64,000 bases of DNA from Burkholderiales bacterium (lineage in GTDB: Bacteria; Pseudomonadota; Gammaproteobacteria; Burkholderiales; JAEUOS01): positions 1,880-65,879 of the forward strand of contig JAEUOR010000060.1 in the NCBI GenBank assembly GCA_016790635.1. The letters are read 5' to 3'. Positions 46,043 to 55,901 of the stretch are shown piece after piece (position 1 is the first letter of the stretch; each line of letters opens with the position of its first letter). Under the pieces are notes generated by a model. That model was not told where the DNA came from. It saw only the letters and a list, made by a program, of their open reading frames with translations, and searched no databases. Both the position numbers and the translations under genes were made by a program.

Positions 46043-48823
46043 TCACTCATTTTGTTGCGGATTTGCAACGCGCAACACCTGTGCCAGAAGTTCCGGGGGG
46101 AGGCGCGACCTGGCCCGCGCCAGCGCTGCCGAAATGGTGCCCGAATCCTGTCGCGCGCGCGCCATCACAATTCTCTCGACATAGGGCTCGGCCTGCGCCG
46201 GAATGATCGCCTCCATTCGGTCAAGGAGTGCGTCGGCAAGTTCGAAGTTGCCTCGATCATGCTCCAGTTGCGCCCAGTTGCGATAAACCTGAGGCTGCAC
46301 GGGGAACGCGATGCGCGCACGCTCGAACAGCGCGCGCGCATCCTCGTAAGCACGGTCGCCGCCGACCGGGTCGAAGCGCCGCAGCGCGGAGAGAGAACGC
46401 ACCTGAAGGACGTTGCAAAGCGCGAGCATGACCCAGGGATCATCGGGAAAGCGCGCCAACGCCTCCTGGCCGGCAGCCTCGGCAGCGCCAAGTTCTGCAC
46501 TGAACTCAACCCAATCGAAGCCTCGTTCCGCCCTGCGAATGCGATCCATGGCCGGTTCCAGCAACCCGAAAACGCGTCGCCGATGGAACTCCCTTTCTTC
46601 CGGCATGCGCCGGACCGCCTGTTCGCGCAGCAGCATCGCCATGGTCGGTCTTGGCTCATTCACCCACTGCGAGGCATGCAGCATCACCTCTGCATCTATC
46701 AGTCGCGCCACGGCGATGCCGCTGCCAAGGCAGAGCGCACCGCCGATGATCGCCAACGCCGCCCCGTTCAAGTGTCTCCCGACCTCATCGGATGTGCGAC
46801 GCGCCCCAAGCACCCCACCCATGACGACACACAGCACCGGCAACACTAGCAGCGGCAGCAAAACCGCCACCCGCAGGCCCCAGACGAATCCGTCGTCGCC
46901 ACGCATGGACCAGGACACCCTTAGCATCAGGTACGAAACGGCGATGACCAAAGCTGCCCCGCCCCAAAAAATCCAGATGGTGCGCGCCCTGGCCGTCTCC
47001 CCTCGCGGCGCACGGATTCCCGGACCACCCCCGGCTAAGCCGCTGCGCGGCGCAACTGCGAACACAAGCAGCGCGAAACCCGACGCTGCGAGCATGGGCA
47101 ACGCCGGGCGCCACGCCGACGTGGCCGCCGCCCCGCTTTCGGCTTGGGTCTCCGTGAGAACGGACACAAAACTGATGAACGCGGATATCAGCGCCAGCCC
47201 CGTCGCTGCTGCCAGCACATTGGCGTCGGCATCCGGCTGCCAGGCCGGCGGATCGTCGATAGCGGCGATCAGCACGGCCGCTGCGGCAAATGCCATCAGT
47301 CGTGTGGTCAATATCGGCACGTTGATTTGCGCGTCCAGCCAGTAGACCAGCAACGCAGCCGCCAAGCCGCATCGGATCGCGAACGCTTGCCAATCCGGCC
47401 GTGAACCGCCAGGCACCGCCGACAGGCCGCGAAAGCGCCAGGCCGCCCGCGCCAGCATCGCGATCCACCCTGCCGCCGCGCCCAGACCGAACGCAGGCGC
47501 TACGAAGGCCGCGAACAGTTGCCACGCCGCAAATGCCCCGCAGGCGGCCGCCAAGAGGCTGACCGCGCACCAGGCGATGGCCGGACCCGCTGCCGCGTCG
47601 CCGAACATGGCGCGCGCCCCCCCGTGCAGGGCCAAGCAGAATATCGCCCAGTACGCGAGCCAGCCAAGGATTCCATAGTTGAGGACGATGTCGTAGACAT
47701 CGGCATGCAAGCGATCGTAATTGGTGACCGCCCAGTAACCTTCCAGATGCATGACCGACTCGGGAAGATGTCGGTAACCCCGCTCGTAGGCCAGATCAGG
47801 GCCCCGCCCGATCAGAAGCTCGCCAAGCTTCATTTCTGCCAGTGCGGAACGACCTGCCTGCCACAAGCCGAAACGGATTTCAATGCTGCGCGACGAAGCC
47901 TGGGTGCGCTCGGTCGCCGCGCTGCCCGGCTCGAATACCAGCCGTTGCAAGAACGGCTGGTGCTGCGCCCACTGGCGTGGCGCTTCGAAGAGGTTGATCA
48001 CGAGCATTGCGGCGACAAGCGCGACTGGCGCTGTACTCAACCAGGCCACACCCCGCCACGCGCCGCGACGGGCGAGCAAGCACGCCGCGAACACAAACCC
48101 CGCTACCAGCAGCGCAAGGACCGGCCCGCGGCTCTGGGTGGCATAGATCGCGGCGCACTGGCACAGCGCAAGCAATCCCCACGGCAGGCGCTCCCACCTC
48201 GTGAATCCCGAGGTCATCACACGCGCCAGGGTAGGTACCAAAGCCATCGCAAGGTATGCAGCGAGAAAGTTCGGGTTGCCGAACGAACCGTTGACCCGCT
48301 CGGGGTCGCTGATGACAAACACATAAAAGTCGAGCCCGAGGCGTTGTTGCAACGCATACGCCGCTGGAATCACAGAGCCGATCACAAAGGCATCGCTTAA
48401 CTGACGCATCCGCCCCGGCGCACGGGCCAGCAGGACGGTGGCTGTGAAAAACATGCCGCAGGCGATCCATGAAAGCAGGCCTTCGCGTCGGAACTGCGTT
48501 CCGTAGAACGCAGCGGCGGGCGCAGCTGACCAAATTGCGGACAATGAGGCCACCAGGACAAAAGCGGCCATCGCGGCCAGCGCGACACGGGCGTGAAGGT
48601 CCAGGCGCATGCTGCCGATGTTCCCTGCCGCCAGCGAAGCGGCGAATGCAGGCGCCGCGAGCAATACGGCCAGCGCGAGCTTGGGAACCATGAAGCCACG
48701 CTCCACCGCGACACTGCCGATCACCGGGACGGCCGCGAAGACGCCGACCACGCACAAGAATGCAATTGTCCCTGCGGCGCTCTGCGCGCCCGCCGCGGCT
48801 TGCGCTGCCGATACCTTAGTCAT
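46043..48823 (-). CDS. O-antigen ligase/polymerase-like (Wzy_C-type) polytopic membrane protein with a C-terminal TPR-like domain
   Basis: Trimmed to the ATG at 48823, which overlaps the upstream stop by 8 nt. Family-typical motifs GSFGNPNFLAAYL, ATQSRGPVLALLV, IEIRFGLWQ and HADVYDIVLNYGILGW. About 20 hydrophobic segments. The last roughly 230 aa are soluble helical repeats. Confidence 0.75.
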   Translation of the reverse strand: MTKVSAAQAAAGAQSAAGTIAFLCVVGVFAAVPVIGSVAVERGFMVPKLALAVLLAAPAFAASLAAGNIGSMRLDLHARVALAAMAAFVLVASLSAIWSAAPAAAFYGTQFRREGLLSWIACGMFFTATVLLARAPGRMRQLSDAFVIGSVIPAAYALQQRLGLDFYVFVISDPERVNGSFGNPNFLAAYLAMALVPTLARVMTSGFTRWERLPWGLLALCQCAAIYATQSRGPVLALLVAGFVFAACLLARRGAWRGVAWLSTAPVALVAAMLVINLFEAPRQWAQHQPFLQRLVFEPGSAATERTQASSRSIEIRFGLWQAGRSALAEMKLGELLIGRGPDLAYERGYRHLPESVMHLEGYWAVTNYDRLHADVYDIVLNYGILGWLAYWAIFCLALHGGARAMFGDAAAGPAIAWCAVSLLAAACGAFAAWQLFAAFVAPAFGLGAAAGWIAMLARAAWRFRGLSAVPGGSRPDWQAFAIRCGLAAALLVYWLDAQINVPILTTRLMAFAAAAVLIAAIDDPPAWQPDADANVLAAATGLALISAFISFVSVLTETQAESGAAATSAWRPALPMLAASGFALLVFAVAPRSGLAGGGPGIRAPRGETARARTIWIFWGGAALVIAVSYLMLRVSWSMRGDDGFVWGLRVAVLLPLLVLPVLCVVMGGVLGARRTSDEVGRHLNGAALAIIGGALCLGSGIAVARLIDAEVMLHASQWVNEPRPTMAMLLREQAVRRMPEEREFHRRRVFGLLEPAMDRIRRAERGFDWVEFSAELGAAEAAGQEALARFPDDPWVMLALCNVLQVRSLSALRRFDPVGGDRAYEDARALFERARIAFPVQPQVYRNWAQLEHDRGNFELADALLDRMEAIIPAQAEPYVERIVMARARQDSGTISAALARARSRLPPELLAQVLRVANPQQNE

Positions 48824-49943
48824 CGCGGGCCTTGCGCAAAACCAGCCAGCGCGGCGAGCGAAAGCGGGCGATGCGCGAATAAACGGCAACGTAACCCACG
48901 GCGAAAGCTGCGCACCCGACCTGCAGCGCCAGGGTGTTGTTCCAGAAGAGCGTAGCCGGAACAACACCGGCGCCAGCAACGGTCCAGAGATAGGGTGCAG
49001 TGAGCGCGTTGCGTTGGGTGCGATGCACTGCCAGATGCGTGCCGATCAGCCAGCGCACCAAACGCTTGTAAACCAGATGGTGCAGGTGCGCGACATCCGG
49101 CAAGCCGGGGTGGCTGCGGCGGATCACCACGCGGCGGTAGATCGTAAACAAGGTCTCGAAGATGGGATACGAACACACCAGTACCGGAAACCAGGCTGAA
49201 ACCCCAGGATTGCGCGACACCAGGAGGATCAGGAGGACCGCGATCCAGAAACCAATCAGGTACGCCCCGCCGTCGCCCATGTAGATCAAGCCGCGCGGGT
49301 AGTTGAGCAGCATGAAACCCGTGATCGCACCAACCGCAGTCAGCGCGCACGCCAAGACGGCAATGTCTCCTGACTTGAAGGCCACATAGGCGATGCCGAG
49401 CAGGATCAGGACCGCCACGCCGCCCGCAAGACCGTTGAAACCGTCGATCAGGTTGAACGCGTTGGCAAGCCCTGCAACGGCAAAGCAGGTGAAAAAGACC
49501 GCCACGACCGGCAACGCCAGGACGCTAGCGAGCATCGCGATGTCGATGCGGGTAATCCAGGCCTCCAGCAAGTACCCGGCCACTGCGGCCGAGCAGACGG
49601 CGGCACCCAGCCGCAACCAGATACTCAAGCCCTGCAGAAAATCTTCGATCAGCCCGGCACAAAAAACCGGCACAGCTGAGACGAGCAGCAAAATACCAAT
49701 GCGCGCCGCGTCAGAGGCCCCCGGCGCGTCATCTCCGAGTCGAACCAGCAGGCTGACCAACAGGCCGGCCGCGATTCCCACGCCGCCGGCCCGCCCGTAA
49801 CCGCGCAAGTGCGCAGGGCGCACCCAACCCGCCCTGCGCGTTGCAAACAGATGTCTCTGGTTGCGGTTGCGCGTCAGATTGCCGCGAATGAGCAGCAGTG
49901 TGACAAGGAGGGAGACGGCCAGCGCAGCGAAGATGAATGCCAA
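48816..49943 (-). CDS. WecA/MraY-family polyprenyl-phosphate N-acetylhexosamine-1-phosphate transferase (GT4 family of PNPTs)
   Basis: Polytopic. Signature NAFNLIDGFNGLAGG and a downstream MGDGGAY motif. TTG start, so the start is uncertain. Confidence 0.83.
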   Translation of the reverse strand: MAFIFAALAVSLLVTLLLIRGNLTRNRNQRHLFATRRAGWVRPAHLRGYGRAGGVGIAAGLLVSLLVRLGDDAPGASDAARIGILLLVSAVPVFCAGLIEDFLQGLSIWLRLGAAVCSAAVAGYLLEAWITRIDIAMLASVLALPVVAVFFTCFAVAGLANAFNLIDGFNGLAGGVAVLILLGIAYVAFKSGDIAVLACALTAVGAITGFMLLNYPRGLIYMGDGGAYLIGFWIAVLLILLVSRNPGVSAWFPVLVCSYPIFETLFTIYRRVVIRRSHPGLPDVAHLHHLVYKRLVRWLIGTHLAVHRTQRNALTAPYLWTVAGAGVVPATLFWNNTLALQVGCAAFAVGYVAVYSRIARFRSPRWLVLRKARDD

Positions 49944-50163
49944 ATCGGCTCCAGCGTACTGTCACGGAACATGGTTTTGCAGCCGCACGCGCCGCACCCG
50001 GTCAAAGGATCGGCCGACGTCGTTGCACGTTGCAAGTAACTCGCTTTCAATCGCAGAGTTTTCTCGCCGCGGATTCTATTGGAACCCTGCCATTCACCAG
50101 ACATGCGGCGCCTTGGAGCGGCGCCCAATACAGCCCGCCCGCCAGATATCATGCACGTCGTTC

Positions 50164-51339
50164 TCAAGCAGTCGATTGCAGCGCACCCGGACTAAGGGGG
50201 CGCCCGGGCAGCAATCGTGACCTAGCCGGATGAACGTACTCCCGCTCCGGTACCATGCCCGCCGCCTCCAGGTCGGCATGCGGCGCGGCCCGCCCGACCC
50301 AGGGCGATCGCGCCCGCAATCTGTAATCATGCCTATCCGGGTCGTGAAATTCGTTGCGCGACAGGCGCGGATTATCCCGCAGGTCACCCTGGCCACCCGT
50401 CAGCAGATTGGCGTTGCCGGCCAACAGATTGTTGGCGAACAATATGCCGTCCGCTCCCGCCGCGACGCGCAGTGCGATACCGCTGGGGCGCTCGTCGACA
50501 AAGGTGTTGTAGCAGGCGTAGAGGACGTTGGCGGGCCGGGGGTAGCCCTCGGCGCCGAAGGACAGCATGGTCGAATTCTGCGTCGTCGCGGACTGTTGAA
50601 TCAGATTGCCCAGCACACGCACCATACCACCCCACGGGAACTCAAGCTCATAGCTGGCGTGGCCGTCATCGCCATCGACGAAGCGGTTGTAGGCGATCAG
50701 GCTCGTCAACGCCCGGCTCTTGAGCAGATGACCGACACGCGCGCCGTAGAACCAGCTGGCCCTCACCGAAAGCCGGCCAATGGCGCCGACGTACAGGTTG
50801 TGTGACTGGCCGTCGCCGGCACCATTGCCCCCGAACCGGCAACGCTCGATGACCAGTTCGCTGGCTTGGTGGCCGCTGGTCAGAATGCCGTTCTCATTGT
50901 CAAAGAACCCGCATTCTTCCAGCGTCAGCCGGCCGCGTTCAAGGCGGATGCCGGCACCGTTGCGATCGCGCACCCGCGCACCGATGAAATCGATACCCTC
51001 GACACGTATGGCGCCACCGCGAACTACCCAGATCGCCTTTTCCTCCGCTGCTTGCCCGGAGGCCAGCAGTCGCACCGGACCGCCGACCGCGCGGATGACC
51101 AGGCGATCATGCGTCCAGACCGAAGTGTCACCCGCGTAGTCGCCCGCATCGACCTCGATCGTGTCGCCATCGCGCGCCTGTGCGGCGGCGGCCGCAAGCG
51201 AACGCAGCGCGCGTTGTGGCCCCACTGGAATGGCGCGTCCGGCAACGGCGGGCGCAGGTGCGAACGCCGCGGCGCCGGCCGCCAGCAGCAGGCGGCGGCG
51301 CGCCCGGCTATTGCGGCTTGGCGGGCTCCTCGCTGCCAC
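50164..51339 (-). CDS. Secreted right-handed parallel beta-helix repeat protein (pectin-lyase fold; probable polysaccharide lyase/epimerase/hydrolase)
   Basis: Tat-like signal (SRNSRARRRLLLAAGAAAFAPAPAVA). Repeated beta-helix turns (IRVEGIDFIGARV..NGAGIRLERGRLTLEECGFFDNENGILT...IERCRFGGNG). Confidence 0.7.
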   Translation of the reverse strand: MAARSPPSRNSRARRRLLLAAGAAAFAPAPAVAGRAIPVGPQRALRSLAAAAAQARDGDTIEVDAGDYAGDTSVWTHDRLVIRAVGGPVRLLASGQAAEEKAIWVVRGGAIRVEGIDFIGARVRDRNGAGIRLERGRLTLEECGFFDNENGILTSGHQASELVIERCRFGGNGAGDGQSHNLYVGAIGRLSVRASWFYGARVGHLLKSRALTSLIAYNRFVDGDDGHASYELEFPWGGMVRVLGNLIQQSATTQNSTMLSFGAEGYPRPANVLYACYNTFVDERPSGIALRVAAGADGILFANNLLAGNANLLTGGQGDLRDNPRLSRNEFHDPDRHDYRLRARSPWVGRAAPHADLEAAGMVPEREYVHPARSRLLPGRPLSPGALQSTA

Positions 51340-52009
51340 GCGATGTCTCGCTGGTCGACGGCGGTGCCGCCGCCGGCGCCGGTTCCCGCCACTTGCCGGC
51401 AGCGGTCAGCTTGCCTTTCAAACCGGGAAGATTGAATCCGCCCAGATAGGCCCGGTGAGCGCTTGCCAGCGCCTTGTCAAATTCCCCAACCTCGAAGTAC
51501 GCGAGTCCCAGGTTGTACTGAAACACCGGGCTCGCGATACCACTCGCCTCGGCAACCTTCAGTTGCTCGAGAGCTCCCTTGCGGTCGCCCTTCTTGCCCA
51601 GAAACGTCGCAAAAATCATGCGCACCATGCCGTCATCAGGCCGAAATCGCACCGCGCGTTCGAAGTAGCAGTCGATCGTGCGACCCGAGCCCGTGGGCTT
51701 GCTCTTCTTTTCACGCTCGGCGAGGCGCATCATGGAGACCAGTGCGCGCGTATGGTTCGGGAACCTTTCCAGCGTGTAGGAAATATCGCCTCCGAGCGGC
51801 GCCGTTATACCCTTGATTAAGCCTTCGACCTGAGGAGTAAAGTGTGCATTCTCGACAATAGGAAGCTTGTCCTTATCGTGGCGGTAATCGTATGGTCCAT
51901 ATCTGCCAGGCGCAGGCTGTGGAGTGCCACAGCCACCCAAATCCTCGCGCTCCTGCGCAACCGCGCCCCAGATTACAGCCAAAAATACCAAGGGTAACAA
52001 TCCACGCAT
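51308..52009 (-). CDS. Secreted TPR-like protein, family not recognised
   Basis: Trimmed to the ATG at 52009. Signal peptide MRGLLPLVFLAVIWGAVAQ. TPR-like helices near the C-terminus (PVFQYNLGLAYFEVGEFDKALASAHRAY). The 3' end overlaps the next gene by 32 nt. Confidence 0.55.
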   Translation of the reverse strand: MRGLLPLVFLAVIWGAVAQEREDLGGCGTPQPAPGRYGPYDYRHDKDKLPIVENAHFTPQVEGLIKGITAPLGGDISYTLERFPNHTRALVSMMRLAEREKKSKPTGSGRTIDCYFERAVRFRPDDGMVRMIFATFLGKKGDRKGALEQLKVAEASGIASPVFQYNLGLAYFEVGEFDKALASAHRAYLGGFNLPGLKGKLTAAGKWREPAPAAAPPSTSETSRGSEEPAKPQ

Positions 52010-52429
52010 CGCACCGCTCCCTTCCACCCCAACGGCCCCCGCCCGCTGCCCACGACAATGCAATCAAAGACCGAGCCAAGGCCGCCTCAAACTGCAGCAC
52101 CTCGGAATTCAAGCGATCCGTATCAATGATTTACGAAGTGGCTGAAGCTATTGTGCCATAACCCGGCTTCCACCGGAAAATGAACGTGCGACGATGCAAG
52201 CCAGGGACGCCAACACGCGCCCCGCGCTCAACGGCTAGCCAGCGGCGGCTTGGATTTATGAAAAACACCCCTGCTTCCTGCCGAGCATCACGGTCCCGAG
52301 TCTGAGGTGACCGAGTTTTTTCGATACGGCTCGCTCTTAGGGCCGCGCTGCCAATTCGCCGCGGCATTTCCACTCTCGGCTCAGTGCAGCCCATCGCGAG
52401 ACTTCCACGCCGCAACATGCCGCCGCGGA

Positions 52430-54337
52430 CTACCCGGCGGCAACTTGCTCGGTTGCTGTCTTGGGCACAGCGTCGTGCTGTTGGCACCATAACTCGAATT
52501 GGACTACATCAAATATTGAAGGCGACATTTCTTGTTGACCCGTACGATGGCGATCGAGGTCCTGAACGATGGTGTCTACGCGATAAATCCCGCGCTCGCG
52601 CGCGGAGCGGCTGGCAAGCGTGTCACGCAGCGGCTCATAGAGCGGGCCCGCGAACCACTGAGACGATGGCACGGGAAAGCCCATCTTGTCGACTCTCGCG
52701 CGTACCACTTCCGGGATGCGCCCGCGCATCCCTTCACGTTGAATGAACTTGTTCCAGGGGCCGCTCATCCGCCAGCGGTCAGGCAAGCGGAACAAGAATT
52801 CCACCAGTCGGTAGTCCAGGAACGGCACTCTCGCTTCAACCGAATGCGCACTCGAATTACGATCCTCGACGCGCAAAATGCGCGGCAATGGGTCGCTGTG
52901 TACCGACCGAACCAGCGCCGAACGCAATCGATAGTCGGGCGCCTCGTCGAGCCGATCGCTGACGTGATGCGCCATTTCCGGCGCCAGCCAGCGATGCGAA
53001 CGAAACGCGCGCAATTCGCGGTGGCGGGAGGCCACCTGCCATCCAGGCAGGCGCGCGGCAAGCGTGCGCCCCAGAAATCCGAGCTGAGTCAGGAACAATC
53101 GCGTCGCGTCCTCGCCGTGAGCGCGACTGTAGTCCGCAAGCTCTCGCCACGCCTCTCGCACGCGACCGCCCCGCAGCATGCTGTGCCAATAGTTGATGAA
53201 GTAGCTCGGGTAGCCCGCAGCGGTTTCATCCGCGCCTTGTCCGTTGAGAACCACTTTCAAGCCCCGCGCCGCAGTGAGCCGCATGAGTTGAAAGCCGACG
53301 ACGGCGGTGAGTGAGTACACCGGTTCATCCTGAAAATGCAGTACCTTCGGCAGGTCATCCCAAAGCTTGAGCGCATCGGTATTCAGGAGCACCGGGGTCG
53401 CGGCGGTTTGCTTGAAGGTGGCTTCCAGGTACTGGCTCTCGTCGAATTCGCGCGGGGTAAAGCAAAATGCCATGAGGGGGTAATCGGTACCGGCCTCAGC
53501 ACGGATACGCGCCGCAGCGCATGCGATGGCCGTCGAATCAAGTCCACCCGATAGGTGCACGCCAACAGGCACGTCGCTGCGCATGTGCAGGCGCATAGCG
53601 TCCTCAAACAGTTCCGCGTAATCGGCCGCCGGATCTGCCATCTCCTCAGGGGAAAAGTCATCGAGGCCCCAGTAGCGCCATTCACGATAGCGGCCGTCGA
53701 ACTCCATCTCGAAAGCGCAGCCAGCACCGACCTGCTCGATCCCGGCGAAGAAGCATTGCGCCGAACGATCCAGTGCACCACGCAGCAGAAAATCCGCTGC
53801 AACGCGCCAATTGGTCTGATCGGCGTATTCCCCTGAGGCACGGATTGCCTTGATCTCGGAAGCGAACATGGCCGTACTGGCACTTCGATAGCGAAACAGC
53901 GGCTTGATTCCGAGACGATCGCGCGAGCCGAATAAGCGCCGCTCATACTTGTCGAAAATCACGAATGCCCACATGCCATTCAAGCGATTCACGCATTCGC
54001 GGCCCCATTCAAGGTAAGCACGCAACAACACTTCGGTGTCGCCGGAGGAATGAAACTGATGCCCACGCGCAGCCAGTTCGCGGCGAAGTTCCAGGTAGTT
54101 GTAGATCTCGCCGTTGAACACGATGGCGAATCGGTTGTCGGCGGATACCATCGGTTGATGACCCGCGGGCGAGAGATCAAGGATGGAAAGTCTGCGAAAA
54201 CCGAGCCCGACTCCACCATCGCTGAAATAACCCTCGTCGTCCGGTCCGCGATGGTATATGGCGTCAGTCATGCGACGCACCTGTTGCATGTCTGCAGCCG
54301 AGCCATCCAGACGGAGGCATACAACCAATCCGCACAT
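52430..54337 (-). CDS. Glutamine-hydrolysing asparagine synthetase family amidotransferase (exosortase-A-system-associated type)
   Basis: N-terminal nucleophile MCG (MCGLVVCL). Ntn amidotransferase domain plus the synthetase PP-loop (VGVHLSGGLDS). 635 aa. Confidence 0.9.
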   Translation of the reverse strand: MCGLVVCLRLDGSAADMQQVRRMTDAIYHRGPDDEGYFSDGGVGLGFRRLSILDLSPAGHQPMVSADNRFAIVFNGEIYNYLELRRELAARGHQFHSSGDTEVLLRAYLEWGRECVNRLNGMWAFVIFDKYERRLFGSRDRLGIKPLFRYRSASTAMFASEIKAIRASGEYADQTNWRVAADFLLRGALDRSAQCFFAGIEQVGAGCAFEMEFDGRYREWRYWGLDDFSPEEMADPAADYAELFEDAMRLHMRSDVPVGVHLSGGLDSTAIACAAARIRAEAGTDYPLMAFCFTPREFDESQYLEATFKQTAATPVLLNTDALKLWDDLPKVLHFQDEPVYSLTAVVGFQLMRLTAARGLKVVLNGQGADETAAGYPSYFINYWHSMLRGGRVREAWRELADYSRAHGEDATRLFLTQLGFLGRTLAARLPGWQVASRHRELRAFRSHRWLAPEMAHHVSDRLDEAPDYRLRSALVRSVHSDPLPRILRVEDRNSSAHSVEARVPFLDYRLVEFLFRLPDRWRMSGPWNKFIQREGMRGRIPEVVRARVDKMGFPVPSSQWFAGPLYEPLRDTLASRSARERGIYRVDTIVQDLDRHRTGQQEMSPSIFDVVQFELWCQQHDAVPKTATEQVAAG

Positions 54338-54367
54338 GTTTCTGCTCCGGTCGCGCCTGCGCGCTCC

Positions 54368-55852
54368 TCAATTTGCTTTGCCGTTATTCCCAGCTTTGCC
54401 GCCATGCCGCTTGAAAATCCATCCGAGGACCTCGCGCAACTCATCGCGTAAAGGCCCCCCTGACAGCCACAAGACGCCGACATAAATGACGGCACCGACT
54501 CCGGAACATACTGCCAGACGTGTCACAGCAATGCCGAGTTCATCGCCCTTGATCAACAGCTGCAGAACCAGCACCGCGACCGTCATGAACAAGGCGGCGT
54601 TTGTCGGCGCACGCAGCTGGTCCCAAAACATCCGCCATGGCAGCTCGATTTCTCGGAAGGCCTCGCCTATCATGCGAGTCATGACGAGCGGATAAACCAC
54701 CACCCACGCAGTTGCAACTCCCACCCCGCCGCCAGAATGTGCACCGACCAGGAATGCAAGCGGCATGACCACAAACAGGACGGCATTGTAGGCAGCGAGA
54801 AACGTGGTCCTAAAGCGCGCTCGCAGAACGGGCGCAATCAACACGTCGATCGACCTGATCAGGGACAGGACGGACAGTAGCTGCAGGACCGGCACCATCG
54901 GTAGCCATTTGTCCGACAACACGACTCGAACCAAATCCTCTGCAACCAGGATGAAACCGAGGCAGATCGGCGTGGAGACACTGGCCGTTAGACGCAGCCC
55001 ACGCAGCAGCATCTTGCGCATCGCGACACGGTCGTCTTGCAATGTCGCCATCAGTGGTACCGACATTTGATTGACGAGCGAGGAAATGCGCGTGACCGGA
55101 ATACTCGCAAGGTCGCGTGCCATGGTGTAGAACCCCAGTGCCACTTCCCCGGATACTTTTCCTAGAACGAGGCTATCGCTCTGATCGTACAGAGTCCACA
55201 TCAGACGCGAGCCGAATGTGGCGGAGCTGAAATCGAGGATTTCCCGCCTTCTGGATCCACTCACGCGCCAACCGGGACGCCAAGGCCAATAAAGGTACAA
55301 CGCAAACGACTGAACCGCGGCGCGCGCCAGCATGCCGTAGATCAGCGCCCACACGCCCGCGCCATTCCAGGCCAGTGCCAATACAGTCACTAGCGAAACA
55401 ACCGCTCCGCTGACTTCCGCCTTGGTGACCTTGTCCAACTGTAATTGCTTGCGCAGCAAGCCATCCGGGATGATGGCCAGCGCGCTGATCAGCAGCGTCA
55501 GTCCAACGACTCGCAACACGTCTGCGAGCGCGGGCGCATTGAACCAGTCACCGATGAAAGGCGCGGCGAAGTAAAGTGCCGCATAGCAGATGCTGGCGAG
55601 GCTGAAGCCGAGGTAAAAACAGAAATTGAGTTCTTCAACGGACAAGTCGCGAAACTGCAAGACAGCGGCGCCAAGTCCAAACTCCGAGATTAGGACCAGG
55701 ACTGATATCCAGATTCCCGCGAGCGCCATCAAGCCATAGTCCGACGGGCTCAGCCATCGCGCGACCACAATCGTCGTGATGAAGGAAAGGACCTGCAATA
55801 CACCGCGCGACCAGACCATCCAGAAAACGGATTTCGCGACTTGTTCTTTCAT
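54368..55852 (-). CDS. wzx: MOP-superfamily polysaccharide flippase (Wzx-like)
   Basis: 494 aa with about 14 TM helices. The N-terminus is typical of polysaccharide biosynthesis proteins (KSVFWMVWSRGVLQVLSFITTIVVARWLSPSDYGLMALA). Confidence 0.8.
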   Translation of the reverse strand: MKEQVAKSVFWMVWSRGVLQVLSFITTIVVARWLSPSDYGLMALAGIWISVLVLISEFGLGAAVLQFRDLSVEELNFCFYLGFSLASICYAALYFAAPFIGDWFNAPALADVLRVVGLTLLISALAIIPDGLLRKQLQLDKVTKAEVSGAVVSLVTVLALAWNGAGVWALIYGMLARAAVQSFALYLYWPWRPGWRVSGSRRREILDFSSATFGSRLMWTLYDQSDSLVLGKVSGEVALGFYTMARDLASIPVTRISSLVNQMSVPLMATLQDDRVAMRKMLLRGLRLTASVSTPICLGFILVAEDLVRVVLSDKWLPMVPVLQLLSVLSLIRSIDVLIAPVLRARFRTTFLAAYNAVLFVVMPLAFLVGAHSGGGVGVATAWVVVYPLVMTRMIGEAFREIELPWRMFWDQLRAPTNAALFMTVAVLVLQLLIKGDELGIAVTRLAVCSGVGAVIYVGVLWLSGGPLRDELREVLGWIFKRHGGKAGNNGKAN

Positions 55853-55901
55853 CCGCGTTTACCAAAGGATGGCAGGTGCGCTTGCGGCGAATCCAAGGCG
55901 A

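Noticed and set aside
52144-52158. Minus-strand TGGCACAATAGCTTC upstream of the TPR-like gene, and the near-match CGGCACGTGCTATCAT at 45986-46001 upstream of the OMP gene, as sigma-54 promoters.
   Set aside because: The -12 GC dinucleotide is absent at the required GG-N10-GC spacing. In the second case the -24 T is also missing. They are hexamer coincidences.
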